64,000 bases of DNA from Firmicutes bacterium UBA5286 (GTDB taxonomy: Bacteria; Bacillota; Proteinivoracia; UBA4975). Where the stretch lies: contig DHSM01000022.1 of assembly GCA_002408465.1 (NCBI GenBank), forward strand, positions 81,555 through 145,554, read 5' to 3'. A program made the translations under genes and the position numbers. Below are positions 31,288 to 41,457 of this stretch, piece after piece; within the stretch, counting starts at the first letter, position 1; each line of letters opens with the position of its first letter. The notes beneath the pieces are model-generated. The model saw only the letters and a program-made list of their open reading frames with translations, was not told the origin of the DNA and searched no databases.

Positions 31288-33785
31288 TCCTCCCTCTGAG
31301 GAGAGGTAGATTGCAAAAATTCCCTTTGCCAAGCCAGGACTTCTCTGGCCGGACCGCTGCGTATGGGACAAGGGGGCAATGATTCCAAGAACCAGCGCCC
31401 GTATCCCCTGGTTGCTACTCGCTTGTCCAGCACCAAGACAACGCCCTTATCCTGCTTGTTCCGAATGAGGCGGCCAAAGCCCTGCTTGAAACGCAAAACT
31501 GCCTGAGGAATTTGGAAAGAATAAAATGGGTTTTTCCCCTGACTTCGCATTTCTTCCATTCTCGCCTGAAATACAGGCTCGTCAGGCACATTAAAGGGCA
31601 AGCGGGTCAAGATTAGATTGCTCAGGCTTTCCCCGGGCACATCCACCCCTTCCCAAAAGGACGCAGTGGCCATCAAGACTGAATTAGTATCCGCCTGAAA
31701 TTTTTCCAACAGTCTGTGCCGGGGCATATCTCCCTGGCAAAGCAGGGTAATCCCCTGGGCGGTGAGATCCTCTCCCAGGGCGGCAGCCGTTGCATTTAGC
31801 AGGTAAAAGGACGTAAAGAGCACCAGACCCCTGCCCCGGGAGGCCAGCAGCGACTCCCCGATGGCGGGGATTATTTTAGCCTGAAACCCGTGTTCCGCCG
31901 GATCAGGCAGGTCGGTTGCTATGCCCAGCAGCACCCGCTGCTGGTAATTGAAAGGGGATTCATACTGCAATTCCTTGACCTTGAAGGTTCTATCAAGTCC
32001 CAGCCTTTCCCGGATATAATCGTAACTCTTCTTCACCGTCAGAGTTGCGGAGGTGAAAATTACTGAAGGGAATTTCTCCCACAGATTCTCCTTCAAAATA
32101 TTGCTTACCGCGAGGGGTGCATAATTAAAGACTGCTCTGGGTCCCTGGCGGGTTGTTCCCAGTTCTGCCCAGCGCACCAAAGAACCATCTTCCCCCACAA
32201 GCACTTCCTGCAGGTCAGCTTCTAATCCCCCCAGCCTGGCCCGAATCCCATCTATTTCAATGGCCTGGGGCAACACAACCTCAAAGCCCTGGGGACCCAG
32301 GAAATCGAGGCGGGTGCGAAATGCCTCCAATAATTTTCCCAACCTTGCCGTCTCCAAAAACAAGGTCTCGGCCTTTGTTACCAGCTGCTGCCAGCCAGGG
32401 TGGTGAGCATATTCTCCAGTCAAACGCAATTTCAGGTCTTTTTCTCCCTGCTGGCTTAGAAAATTGACTGCAGCAGCGAAGAAACCGTTTATCTCTTCGC
32501 CTAAGTGGATACATTCCGGCACCAGCTGCTGCCGTATAGTCTCCATAAGTCCCCGGACCAGTTCGGCGTCAAGTCCTGCTGCAGCCGCCAATTTGTTTTC
32601 TAAGACCACCAGCAGTCCCTTGGACTTATTGGCCCGGACTGCATACAAGCGGGCCAGCAGCCGGGAGAAGCTCAGCCTGGTCACTCTCCCGCCCAGCCAG
32701 TCTGTTGCCGCCCGTTCAACATTATGAGCTTCGTCCAAGACTACACAGTGGTATTCCGGCAACACCCCCGTATCCGCTCCTTTGCTGCGCAGGGCAATGT
32801 CCGCAAACAGCAAGCTGTGATTGGCTATGAGCACTTGGGCATCCAGGGCCTCCCGCCTGGCGCTGTGGAAAAAGCACTCCCGAAAAAACTGACAGTTGAC
32901 CCGCAGACAGGCATCCGGTTCCGAGCAAACCAGGTCCCATAAGTCTCCGGGCCAAAAACCCAAATCGGATTTGGTTCCGTCCCGGGTGGTTTTCTCCCAG
33001 GTCATCATCGCCTGGAGGTTAGACAAATCTTTGTCCTCAATTAAATCCTCCCCCCGCTGAATGAGCTCCCGAAACTTTCGCTTGCATAGATAGTTTGCCC
33101 TGCCCTTGACAAGGACGGCTTTAAACCCAAAGGGCAACCCTCGCTGCAGGAGAGGGATATCTTTATAGAGCAACTGCTCCTGTAAATTTATGGTGTTGGT
33201 GGAGACAACCACCCGCCGGTTGTTCTCCCTGGCCCAGATGAGCACCGGCACCAGGTAGGCCAGACTCTTGCCGATGCCCGTGCCCGCTTCCGCCAAGGCA
33301 TGAGCACCCTCATTGAGGGCCTGGGCAAGATTGACAGCCATCTCCAGCTGCTGAGGCCTGCTCTCATAAGCGGGCATAATCCCGGCAACATATCCGCCGG
33401 GGCCCAAGGCAGCATTAACCAGTTTGAGGGAAACACTTGCCTGCGGTTTGCTTTGCACCGGCTCTACCAGGATATAGGCCTCGCTGACACTGTTGTCGAC
33501 AATGGCGAAGCCAATGCCTTCCCGAGCCAGCCGAGAAGCTGCTGTAATATCCCCCCCGGAAGGCGTCAGGTCTCCAGAGGGATGATTGTGAATAACCATC
33601 AGGCAGAGACCGGGCTTAGCCTGGACCACGGTAGGAACGCTGTCCTGGTTTCCCCGGGACATGACCTGGATATCTGTCATTACATTCTCCCTAAGGGTGG
33701 CGCGAAAAAATACTTCGTTATTATTGGCAGCTGCTATCTCCTGGCGCATCAGCCTGGCTGCCGCCGGGGAAAACCACTTATGCAT
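31284..33785 (-). CDS. dinG: DinG/Rad3-family Fe-S DNA helicase fused to an N-terminal RadC-like JAB/MPN domain
   Basis: 833 aa, one continuous frame. N-terminal HNHPSGDLTPSGGD is the RadC/JAB HxHPSG...PS..D signature. It is followed by Walker A GTGIGKSLAYL, four Fe-S cysteines (CKRK, CSEPDAC, NCQFFREC), the DEAH box VVLDEAHNV and C-terminal helicase motifs. Confidence 0.8.
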   Translation of the reverse strand: MHKWFSPAAARLMRQEIAAANNNEVFFRATLRENVMTDIQVMSRGNQDSVPTVVQAKPGLCLMVIHNHPSGDLTPSGGDITAASRLAREGIGFAIVDNSVSEAYILVEPVQSKPQASVSLKLVNAALGPGGYVAGIMPAYESRPQQLEMAVNLAQALNEGAHALAEAGTGIGKSLAYLVPVLIWARENNRRVVVSTNTINLQEQLLYKDIPLLQRGLPFGFKAVLVKGRANYLCKRKFRELIQRGEDLIEDKDLSNLQAMMTWEKTTRDGTKSDLGFWPGDLWDLVCSEPDACLRVNCQFFRECFFHSARREALDAQVLIANHSLLFADIALRSKGADTGVLPEYHCVVLDEAHNVERAATDWLGGRVTRLSFSRLLARLYAVRANKSKGLLVVLENKLAAAAGLDAELVRGLMETIRQQLVPECIHLGEEINGFFAAAVNFLSQQGEKDLKLRLTGEYAHHPGWQQLVTKAETLFLETARLGKLLEAFRTRLDFLGPQGFEVVLPQAIEIDGIRARLGGLEADLQEVLVGEDGSLVRWAELGTTRQGPRAVFNYAPLAVSNILKENLWEKFPSVIFTSATLTVKKSYDYIRERLGLDRTFKVKELQYESPFNYQQRVLLGIATDLPDPAEHGFQAKIIPAIGESLLASRGRGLVLFTSFYLLNATAAALGEDLTAQGITLLCQGDMPRHRLLEKFQADTNSVLMATASFWEGVDVPGESLSNLILTRLPFNVPDEPVFQARMEEMRSQGKNPFYSFQIPQAVLRFKQGFGRLIRNKQDKGVVLVLDKRVATRGYGRWFLESLPPCPIRSGPAREVLAWQREFLQSTSPQRED

Positions 33786-33855
33786 GGCTATTCACCTCCG
33801 CCTGTTATTATAGCATTTTGCCGCCAGGACATACTATCCTTAAGGAGGTAAGAGA

Positions 33856-34455
33856 TTGGCAAAACCCAAGGGCAAACCCAAGGCCAGGGAAATTCGCTCT
33901 CAGCACGCGCAATTGAAGAGCCATCCCCATGGCAATGAAAAAGGTGTCAAGTGGCCCATGGCTGTCAAGGACGGCTCCAGGCAAGACTACGGCTCCAAGA
34001 TGGATACTGGGCTAAAGGGAACTGACAAGGAACTTTTGGCTGTACAGAGACAGCTTGACTCTGACGAAAATTTATCGGCATATGGACTCAAGGCCGGTTC
34101 CGCAAATAATAAAATCCAGATTACCGGCATAGTGGATACTCTGGCTGACAAAGAAAAACTCAAGCCCCTTTTAAGAGATCTGGGAATTGTTGAGTTTGCC
34201 GACGGAGTCAGCATCAGCACCGATGGCTCCGTCCTCGACCAGGATGTCTCCAGGGAGGTTATGGAAGAAATTGGGGCTGAACCACTGCTGGCAGACAATG
34301 CCATCAGCGTAGAATGTGTCGCGGGGACGGTGTACTTGACCGGCGAAGTGAGGAGTCCCCGCCAGGAAGAGGCAGCTCTTGCCGCTGCCGGCCGGGGCCG
34401 GGGTGTTGTCCAGGTCGTCAGCCAGCTGCGCTTTTTGCCGGAAGTAAGGGAATAA
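33856..34455 (+). CDS. BON-domain protein (two BON repeats)
   Basis: 199 aa. Two repeats of the BON pattern (I.I...G.V.L.G.V....K). Low-complexity basic N-terminus. Confidence 0.55.
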   Translation: MAKPKGKPKAREIRSQHAQLKSHPHGNEKGVKWPMAVKDGSRQDYGSKMDTGLKGTDKELLAVQRQLDSDENLSAYGLKAGSANNKIQITGIVDTLADKEKLKPLLRDLGIVEFADGVSISTDGSVLDQDVSREVMEEIGAEPLLADNAISVECVAGTVYLTGEVRSPRQEEAALAAAGRGRGVVQVVSQLRFLPEVRE

Positions 34456-34460
34456 AAAAA

Positions 34461-34500
34461 GATGTCTCTGGGCAAAACCAGAGGCATCTATTATTTTGTG
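34461..34500. terminator. Bidirectional rho-independent terminator between the convergent BON and DnaJ-domain genes
   Basis: gaTGtCTCTGGgcaaaaCCAGAGgCAtc hairpin with an A tract on the 5' side and ttattttgtg on the 3' side. Confidence 0.6.
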
Positions 34501-34518
34501 ATAGTTTCGTGCCAGCCT

Positions 34519-35244
34519 TTATTTTAAAGCAAGTTCGATCAGTTCCTCATCCAGCCAGTCTCCCTGTACATCCCGGACCAGCATTTTATGTTTATAGACA
34601 AATCTTGACGCCCAGCGTCCTGAAGGCAACTGGGGAAACCAAAGCTGCACTGTGGCCCGGGTGCCGGGAAACAGTTCAACTCCCGCTTCTTTGTACTTGG
34701 GGGGATGCTGCCAGGCGCAGACCGGGTGGCATTGATAAAAATCCCCCATTTGGTCTACAAGCACCCCTCTGCCATTGCGGCAGTCCATCTGCTGGGAGAA
34801 AGAAGCCCGGTTGCGCACATGCAGAATGAGTATTGAAGCCCGCAGGGCAAACAAATCTTTGCTTTCCAGTGAGAGCAACTGCTTGTAGCGGCAGCTGCGG
34901 CGATAATAACTGCATTCCCGGGGGCAAGTAAAGACTTGATTTGGCTGCAGTTCGGCGATCTGAATTTCCAGATGCCGACCCCGGGTGGGAGCGGGCACAA
35001 TTTGCGCCCCGTGGGCAACAGCGGTTTCTTGTTGGCTGCGGGCATGAAGGGTCCCGGGAAATGAGGGTTCCAGCGCCAATGCCAGGTTTCGGTATGCCTC
35101 TTCTATTTCTTTGGCCCTTTCCGGGTCGCCGCCAACATCAGGATGATGTCTTTTCATCAGGGCCCGGTAGGCAGCCCTGATTACTTCTGTAGGGGCGCCA
35201 GGACTGACGCCAAGCACTTTGTAATAATCCTTCATTTTTCCCAC
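34519..35244 (-). CDS. DnaJ (J-domain) protein with Cys-rich C-terminal domain of unknown function
   Basis: 241 aa. N-terminal J domain (DYYKVLGVSPGA...HPD tripeptide). The C-terminal part has several Cys/His. Confidence 0.7.
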   Translation of the reverse strand: MGKMKDYYKVLGVSPGAPTEVIRAAYRALMKRHHPDVGGDPERAKEIEEAYRNLALALEPSFPGTLHARSQQETAVAHGAQIVPAPTRGRHLEIQIAELQPNQVFTCPRECSYYRRSCRYKQLLSLESKDLFALRASILILHVRNRASFSQQMDCRNGRGVLVDQMGDFYQCHPVCAWQHPPKYKEAGVELFPGTRATVQLWFPQLPSGRWASRFVYKHKMLVRDVQGDWLDEELIELALK

Positions 35245-35293
35245 CCTTCCTCTTTGCTACTTCGCCGGGGAGAAGAATATTTCCTGCCAAGGA

Positions 35294-35767
35294 CTATTTA
35301 TGATAGGTCTCGCCGGCATTAATCTTGCATGCCCGATAGAGCTGCTCCAATAGAATCAGCCGCATAAGCTGATGAGGAAAGGTTAGAGCAGAAAAGCTCA
35401 AACGGTAGTCTGCCCTGGTGAGCACATCCTGGCAAAGGCCCATGGAGCCGCCTATACAAAAGGTCGCTTCACTGATTCCCCGCAGGGACAGGCTTTGAAA
35501 CAGGGCAGCCAAGCCCGGAGAATCCAAGCTTCTGCCTTTTATGTCCAGGGCAATAACATAAGACCTAGGTTTAATCCTGGTCAATATTTGCTCCCCTTCC
35601 CTTTGCAGGGCTTGTTGCTGCTGAACGCTGCCCCTGGGACAGGGCTGGTCCGGCACTTCCTCGATGCTTACTTTCCCTAGCCGGCCCAAGCGGCGACAAT
35701 ACTCTTGGATTCCCAGCTGCAGCCACTTTTCTTTTACCTTGCCCACAACTACCAGCCGAAATTGCAT
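35294..35767 (-). CDS. rlmH: 23S rRNA (pseudouridine1915-N3)-methyltransferase RlmH (SPOUT)
   Basis: 157 aa. MQFRLVVVGK start, SPOUT C-terminal knot motifs. Conserved position downstream of htrA-like near the origin. Confidence 0.9.
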   Translation of the reverse strand: MQFRLVVVGKVKEKWLQLGIQEYCRRLGRLGKVSIEEVPDQPCPRGSVQQQQALQREGEQILTRIKPRSYVIALDIKGRSLDSPGLAALFQSLSLRGISEATFCIGGSMGLCQDVLTRADYRLSFSALTFPHQLMRLILLEQLYRACKINAGETYHK

Positions 35768-35953
35768 TTATACCACCAGGTAGACGGGAGGTTGAGAGCA
35801 AAAATCGCAGAAATGAGGTGCTGTCCAGTCAGTAAAAGAAACTTTATCTAAAAGATACAGATCAGGCGGTGACTCATATATATCTACGAATTCGTCTATG
35901 GCCTGATCCAGATGCTCCGAGCAGACAACATACATTCTACTGCCTCCTGTCAC
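35768..35953 (-). CDS. Small CxxH/CxxC protein typically found beside htrA-like protease genes in Firmicutes
   Basis: 61 aa with CSEH and CDFC motifs. Translationally coupled (4-bp overlaps) to the HtrA-like gene and rlmH. Confidence 0.45.
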   Translation of the reverse strand: MTGGSRMYVVCSEHLDQAIDEFVDIYESPPDLYLLDKVSFTDWTAPHFCDFCSQPPVYLVV

Positions 35954-37122
35954 CGAACTTCTAATTCCGCTAAAATTACCTCAAAATTGAGTTTTTCCTT
36001 TCCTCGCACCACCGTCACCTGGACCTTGTCGCCGACGGATTTGTTGCTGATAATGCGGCGCAGGTCACGAAGGCCTTCTGTCTTGGTGCCATTAACTTCA
36101 ATTATGATATCCTCAGGCTTAATTCCCGCTTGCCTGGCGGGTCCGCCATAGGGGGTCTCAGTAACCAGCAAACCGTAATCACTGCCTAAATTATAGGCCT
36201 CGGCAATGGCCGGCGTAATTTCACCGATGGTCACTCCCAGCATGGGACGGATGACCCGGCCCTCTTTGATCAAGGATTCGCTGATGCTCTTAACCAAGTT
36301 GCTGGGAATGCTGAAACCAAGGCCCTCTGCGTCAGTTATCTTGACGCTGTTGATACCTACCACTTCACCCTTCATGTTGACCAGGGGACCGCCGCTGTTG
36401 CCGGGGTTGATGGCCGCGTCGGTCTGCAGGAGGCCAAAGACCCAGTCATACACGTCAAAGCTGCGATCGGTGGCGGAGATAATACCCAAGGTTACCGAAC
36501 GCTGCAGTTCAGGCCCGCCGGGGTTGCCAATGGCGATGACAAACTCGCCAACCGTAAGTTGTCCGGAATCCCCCAGCACAGCCCAGGGCATGTCTGCCAA
36601 GGGTTGTATTTTTAATACAGCCAAATCGGTGCCAGGGTCCTGGCCGACAATAGCAGCATCCACTTCCTGACCATTGCTCAAGGTCACTACCACGGAGACG
36701 GCATCTTCCACCACATGGTAATTGGTGACAATATAGCCGCCGGGGCTGATGATTACACCGCTGCCATATCCCGTGGGCGCCGCAGGCGTGATTCTTCCAA
36801 ACCAGTCCCGAGATTGAGAAATGCGAGTGACACCGACAACAGCGGGGAAGACCTTGCTTACCGCTGCAACAACCGCCGTCTGTTGATATTCCAAGTCTGG
36901 CATCTGGAGAGAATCCTGATTCTGATAATTCCAGGGCAAGACTTGGTCTGGATTAGGATTTTGGCTGATGTCAGCTGCAGGCAACAAATAGGGAAGCAGC
37001 GCGGGCAGACATAAAAGTACAATCAACCCGCCCAATAAAGCTGCAGCCACCAGTCCTAAAAAACGACGCCAACGAGAAGAACGGGGGGATTTTTCAATAT
37101 AGTATTCTTCCATTTGCACCAC
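35950..37122 (-). CDS. htrA: Trypsin-like serine protease with PDZ domain (HtrA/YyxA-like)
   Basis: 390 aa. N-terminal TM. Catalytic GNSGGPLVN. C-terminal PDZ. Confidence 0.85.
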   Translation of the reverse strand: MVQMEEYYIEKSPRSSRWRRFLGLVAAALLGGLIVLLCLPALLPYLLPAADISQNPNPDQVLPWNYQNQDSLQMPDLEYQQTAVVAAVSKVFPAVVGVTRISQSRDWFGRITPAAPTGYGSGVIISPGGYIVTNYHVVEDAVSVVVTLSNGQEVDAAIVGQDPGTDLAVLKIQPLADMPWAVLGDSGQLTVGEFVIAIGNPGGPELQRSVTLGIISATDRSFDVYDWVFGLLQTDAAINPGNSGGPLVNMKGEVVGINSVKITDAEGLGFSIPSNLVKSISESLIKEGRVIRPMLGVTIGEITPAIAEAYNLGSDYGLLVTETPYGGPARQAGIKPEDIIIEVNGTKTEGLRDLRRIISNKSVGDKVQVTVVRGKEKLNFEVILAELEVR

Positions 37123-37148
37123 CTCTGTTACGAATTGTAACAGATTTG

Positions 37149-37961
37149 CTATTTAACCTGCAACACCGGACCCGGCTTATGCCGGGGAAGGACTTTTAGG
37201 CTGTGATAAACTGGTTCCGAATCCATACCCTGGGCCGCAAGGAACTGAGCTACCGCAGCAATGGCGATTTCAGGGCTGTTGTTGACAGCGCTCAGGTGAC
37301 CTAAATGGGCCTGGGTAATCTTGCCCTTGGCGGCCAGCCATGCCAGCACACGGGCCGCCTGTAGATTGGAAAGATGCCCATTTTCGCTGGCCACCCTTTT
37401 TTTTAACGACCAGGGATACGGTCCCTGCTGCAGCATCTTAAGATCGTGATTTGCTTCAAGCACCATGGCATTGCATGCGGACAGTGTATTGACCATAGCT
37501 TCAGTGACACAGCCGGTATCCGTAAACACCGCCGCCCGGCATTTGCCTGTATCAAAGATATAGTTAACCGGTTCCAAGGCATCATGGCAGACTGGCAGCG
37601 CCCAGACTTCCAAGCCATTTAAGACAAAAGCCGTCCCCGGAGAAATTAGATGAATTTTATCTTCGGAGATGATGCCCAGTCTATCTCTGGCCGCCAGCCA
37701 GGTGCCTGCAGTCATGTACAGGGGAATTCCCAGCCTGCGGCTGAGAATGCCGGCGCCGGCAATATGGTCATTGTGTTCGTGGGTTACAAGTATGGCTGTG
37801 ATGCTGGCGGAATCAATCCCCGCTGCCGCCAGTCCGGCATAGGTCCGCTTGCCGCTGAGGCCGGCATCCAGGAGCAAGGCCCGGCCCTGATGCAAAATTA
37901 TGTATGCGTTTCCACTGCTGCCGCTGGCCAGCGAATGAACTTCCATTTTCCAAGCCTCCAC
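37149..37961 (-). CDS. walJ: MBL-fold metallo-hydrolase WalJ/YycJ
   Basis: 270 aa. THEHNDHIAG metallo-beta-lactamase motif. Conserved position in the wal locus. Confidence 0.75.
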   Translation of the reverse strand: MEAWKMEVHSLASGSSGNAYIILHQGRALLLDAGLSGKRTYAGLAAAGIDSASITAILVTHEHNDHIAGAGILSRRLGIPLYMTAGTWLAARDRLGIISEDKIHLISPGTAFVLNGLEVWALPVCHDALEPVNYIFDTGKCRAAVFTDTGCVTEAMVNTLSACNAMVLEANHDLKMLQQGPYPWSLKKRVASENGHLSNLQAARVLAWLAAKGKITQAHLGHLSAVNNSPEIAIAAVAQFLAAQGMDSEPVYHSLKVLPRHKPGPVLQVK

Positions 37962-37986
37962 ATAAAAACGGGGCAGCTGCCCCGCT

Positions 37987-39240
37987 TCAGATCAATTCAA
38001 TATCTGCGCCCAGGCCCTGGAGTTTGCCAATAAAGTCATGATACCCCCTGCGCAGGTGCTCAACTCCGCTGACCCGGGTTTCTCCCCGAGCGATAAGTCC
38101 GGCAATAATCAGGGCGGAACTAGCCCGTAAATCGAAGGGATGGACAGTAGCGCCCAGGATTTCGTCAACGCCTTCGATTACCGCAGCCCGGCCCTCAACT
38201 TTGATATTGGCTCCCATCCGCTTTAGTTCATCTACATAGCGAAATCTGGTTTCAAATATATTTTCGGTAATAATGCTTGTGCCTGTACACACTGCCAGGT
38301 AAGAGGCCAGGGGCTGCTGCAAGTCAGTGGGAAACCCCGGATAGGGCAAGGTCTTGATGTCAATGGCTTGGCCCCTGGCGGGACCCCGCACTCGAATCCA
38401 ATCATCACCTTCCTCTATCATTACACCGGATTCCCTCAATTTGGCTGTCACTGCTTCTAGATGGCGAGGAATGACATCTTTAACAATCACATCGCCGCCG
38501 GTGGCTGTGGCAGCTATCATAAATGTACCGGCCTCAACCCGGTCGGGTATAATGCTGTGCTCGGAACAACCCCGCTCCCTTGTGCCTGTGATGCGCAGGG
38601 TGCCCGTTCCCGCCCCCCGAACAACAACTCCAATTTTATTTAAAAAGTTTGCCACATCGATGATTTCTGGTTCCCGGGCTGCGTTTTCAATGGTGGTATT
38701 ACCCTCAACCCCTGCCGCTGCCAGCATTACATTGACGGTTGCCCCCACAGTGACCAAGTCAAAATATATGTCTCCGCTTTTTTTCTCTCCACCCTGCAAA
38801 TGCACCTTGCCGTCGCTGATAGTCCAAGAATAGCCCAGGGCATGAAATCCTTTAAGGTGCTGATCTATTGGCCGGGGACCGATTTTGCACCCGCCGGGCA
38901 AACCCGTCCTTGCTGAGCCAAATCTACCCAAGAGAGCGCCCATAAAATAGTAGGATGCTCGCAACTTCTCCGCAAGTCCCTCAGGAGGAGTGAGATTTTT
39001 TATCTGTGCTGTGTCAACGCTGATGGTGGAAGAATCCAACCACTGAACTTCTGCGCCTAATGCCGAAAGAATTTCGCACTGGGTGCGCACATCGGTAAGG
39101 GGGGGCACATTTTCAAGGACACAAGGCCCCTGGGCGAGAATGGTGGCAGGAATAATTGCCACGGCTGCGTTTTTTGCGCCGCTAATGCTGACAGTACCTT
39201 TAAGAGGAAGAGACCTGTTGATGCGTATAATATTTTCCAT
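37987..39240 (-). CDS. murA: UDP-N-acetylglucosamine 1-carboxyvinyltransferase (MurA paralog)
   Basis: 417 aa. GAKNAA N-terminus, the active-site Cys loop LPGGCKIGPRPID, two-domain EPSP-synthase fold motifs. Confidence 0.9.
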   Translation of the reverse strand: MENIIRINRSLPLKGTVSISGAKNAAVAIIPATILAQGPCVLENVPPLTDVRTQCEILSALGAEVQWLDSSTISVDTAQIKNLTPPEGLAEKLRASYYFMGALLGRFGSARTGLPGGCKIGPRPIDQHLKGFHALGYSWTISDGKVHLQGGEKKSGDIYFDLVTVGATVNVMLAAAGVEGNTTIENAAREPEIIDVANFLNKIGVVVRGAGTGTLRITGTRERGCSEHSIIPDRVEAGTFMIAATATGGDVIVKDVIPRHLEAVTAKLRESGVMIEEGDDWIRVRGPARGQAIDIKTLPYPGFPTDLQQPLASYLAVCTGTSIITENIFETRFRYVDELKRMGANIKVEGRAAVIEGVDEILGATVHPFDLRASSALIIAGLIARGETRVSGVEHLRRGYHDFIGKLQGLGADIELI

Positions 39241-39273
39241 GATTACCCCCAGCTGAAGATAGTGATATCTATC

Positions 39274-40155
39274 TTATTCAACGTCGAAGAGGGTTTTCCT
39301 GCCGGGAAACTGTCTTTCGCCTTCAAGTTCTCCGGTTTGAGCGTTGACATAGTACTTGCTGCCGCCTTCAGTCTCCACAACCCAAACCGGGCTGGCACGC
39401 CATTGATCTGCCAGCACCGGCATGCCATACCAGGAGATATATATGCCAGTAATTGTGGCCCCTGCTGGCATTTTTTCCGCCGCTACTGTCAAGGCTGCGG
39501 TGGCAGGAATGGATAACAAGCTTTCCCCCGCATACCCCATCACTTCAACCCAATAATAATCCAGTTCAATTATGCTGCCGCTCTGATCAACCACTACGAC
39601 AATGCTGGAGACTTCAAGTTCCTTACCATGCCAGCGTTGAATATACTCCACTGCCCATGTGCCGTCTGGGCTGGCCGCCGTCTTCCCGGCAATTGAATCC
39701 CTTGGTCTGCCCACAGTGTCTTCTAAGAATTGATCGGCCCTTTTGCGGGCTGCGGATATGGCAATGTCGCCGTTTTCGGGGGGGAGGGCGGAAAGATAGT
39801 GAATGCGGCCATCCACGTAAATGTCAACTTCACCAAGAGCGGAACGGTATTCCGACTTGGCTCCCGAAGCGACTCGCTCAAACTTCTCTCCTATGAGACT
39901 CGCCGCCACTTCCTCTTCGCGAAAAAGCACATTGCTTACGCCTAATAATTGCAGGCGCTTCATCCGCCTGGGCACCTTGGCTGTGACGGCAATGCCGCTG
40001 TACTCCAGTTCTTCAAGGGTTGCCTGGATTTGTTCCGGGCTGACATAGTTTGAGGAATCAAAAAAAACAGGCAGCAGCCACAACTGAAAGACAAAAGCCA
40101 AATTCAAGACTAAGAAGGCAATGATAAAAATGTTGATTGTCCGCTCCCAATCCAT
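39274..40155 (-). CDS. yycI: YycI-like regulator of the WalK kinase (N-terminal TM, periplasmic domain)
   Basis: 293 aa. Single N-terminal TM helix. Position and size match YycI. Confidence 0.55.
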   Translation of the reverse strand: MDWERTINIFIIAFLVLNLAFVFQLWLLPVFFDSSNYVSPEQIQATLEELEYSGIAVTAKVPRRMKRLQLLGVSNVLFREEEVAASLIGEKFERVASGAKSEYRSALGEVDIYVDGRIHYLSALPPENGDIAISAARKRADQFLEDTVGRPRDSIAGKTAASPDGTWAVEYIQRWHGKELEVSSIVVVVDQSGSIIELDYYWVEVMGYAGESLLSIPATAALTVAAEKMPAGATITGIYISWYGMPVLADQWRASPVWVVETEGGSKYYVNAQTGELEGERQFPGRKTLFDVE

Positions 40156-41457
40156 TTATTGCCCCCCCAATTGTATTTTGATTTGGAGAATGCGTCCATC
40201 ACTGGCAGCCACGTGGACAACCTGATTTCCGGTCCAGACCCGCCAAACAGGAATGAGCCTGTCCTGCTGCCAGTAGAAAGCCAGAGCTAAATCTGAAATA
40301 TGCTTATTCCCTTCGGCAAAAAATTGACCGGCTTGGGAATCAGAGGCAAGATGCCAGGCGAGGGGTTTTATCTCCGCGTAAATCTCTACGGCTTCTTCAG
40401 CGGCCAAGGCCAAGTGACGCTGATAATCACTGACTTGGTCTTGCTGGAATTCAACTGCAATCCCCACATTCTCTCCGGTTATCGGCAACCCCTTTGAGAA
40501 GCTGCAAAATTCTAGACTTACAGATTCTCCCGGCCGGTTGCTCAAGTAAACAGGCAGCATATTGCCCGGCCACCCCCCGTGGGCAACAAGGAAGTCTATT
40601 GTCGCTTGCATCAGCTGGGGTTGATCCCAAAAGACTGCGCCCTGCCCCTGCCTTCCCGAAGTATATTCCAATGCCCCCGAGGGGAATATGCGCAGGGCGC
40701 CAAACCCGTCTGTATAAGTTTCTGTGCCATCTGCCTCCAGAATGATTGAGGGATTTAGGAAAAAAGAATGGATTATATCTTCAATTCTTACTTCTTCAAG
40801 CTGGCAGGCAGGCACAGCAATCTCCTGAGCCTCCACCAGGTCAAAGATTCCAGCAGCAACTGAATAAGTTTCACCTTGTCCCATGACTGCCATTGGGTAG
40901 GCCGCTGGATTGCGAGGTTCAGCTGCTGCCTGCTGGAATACAGAGAGAGGCAAATCTGCCTGCAACTGCCAGAGCACGCCAGTAGCAGAATTGATGAATT
41001 TGACAGGTCCCCCGTCCAGGGGAACAAAAACACTATCAATGGATGCAAAAGGAAAATCCGTCTCGTAAAACATAGTCAGCCAGTTTGCCAGCAATCCACG
41101 GGATATTTGATAATCATAACGGAAAAGCACTCCAGGGGTGATGGAATCGCTGGTATACTCGCCGGTGACCCATACATCCCCGCCTTTTTCGCTGCCATAT
41201 TCCATTTGCCCCAGGGTCAGAACCAAATCGGAATACGTTTGGGAAAGGGTTTCGATTAATATTGCCCCCTGATTTGGGCTGCAGATATAAATTCTTCCAG
41301 GCAGACTGATTTCGTGCAGGCCAGGTTTGGGACCAAACCAGGGCCCAGTACCTCTGCCTCCGCTGTTGGGGACTGGCTGACCAAATATAATCAGGACGGA
41401 GAGGACAAGGCTGCAGATTACCAGACTGGCCAACAATCCCGCTTTAGCTCTGACCAT
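40156..41457 (-). CDS. yycH: YycH-like regulator of WalK (the likely start is MVRAKAG; the track ORF extends to 41544, overlapping walK)
   Basis: About 430 aa with an N-terminal TM. Immediately downstream of walK. Confidence 0.55.
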   Translation of the reverse strand: MVRAKAGLLASLVICSLVLSVLIIFGQPVPNSGGRGTGPWFGPKPGLHEISLPGRIYICSPNQGAILIETLSQTYSDLVLTLGQMEYGSEKGGDVWVTGEYTSDSITPGVLFRYDYQISRGLLANWLTMFYETDFPFASIDSVFVPLDGGPVKFINSATGVLWQLQADLPLSVFQQAAAEPRNPAAYPMAVMGQGETYSVAAGIFDLVEAQEIAVPACQLEEVRIEDIIHSFFLNPSIILEADGTETYTDGFGALRIFPSGALEYTSGRQGQGAVFWDQPQLMQATIDFLVAHGGWPGNMLPVYLSNRPGESVSLEFCSFSKGLPITGENVGIAVEFQQDQVSDYQRHLALAAEEAVEIYAEIKPLAWHLASDSQAGQFFAEGNKHISDLALAFYWQQDRLIPVWRVWTGNQVVHVAASDGRILQIKIQLGGQ

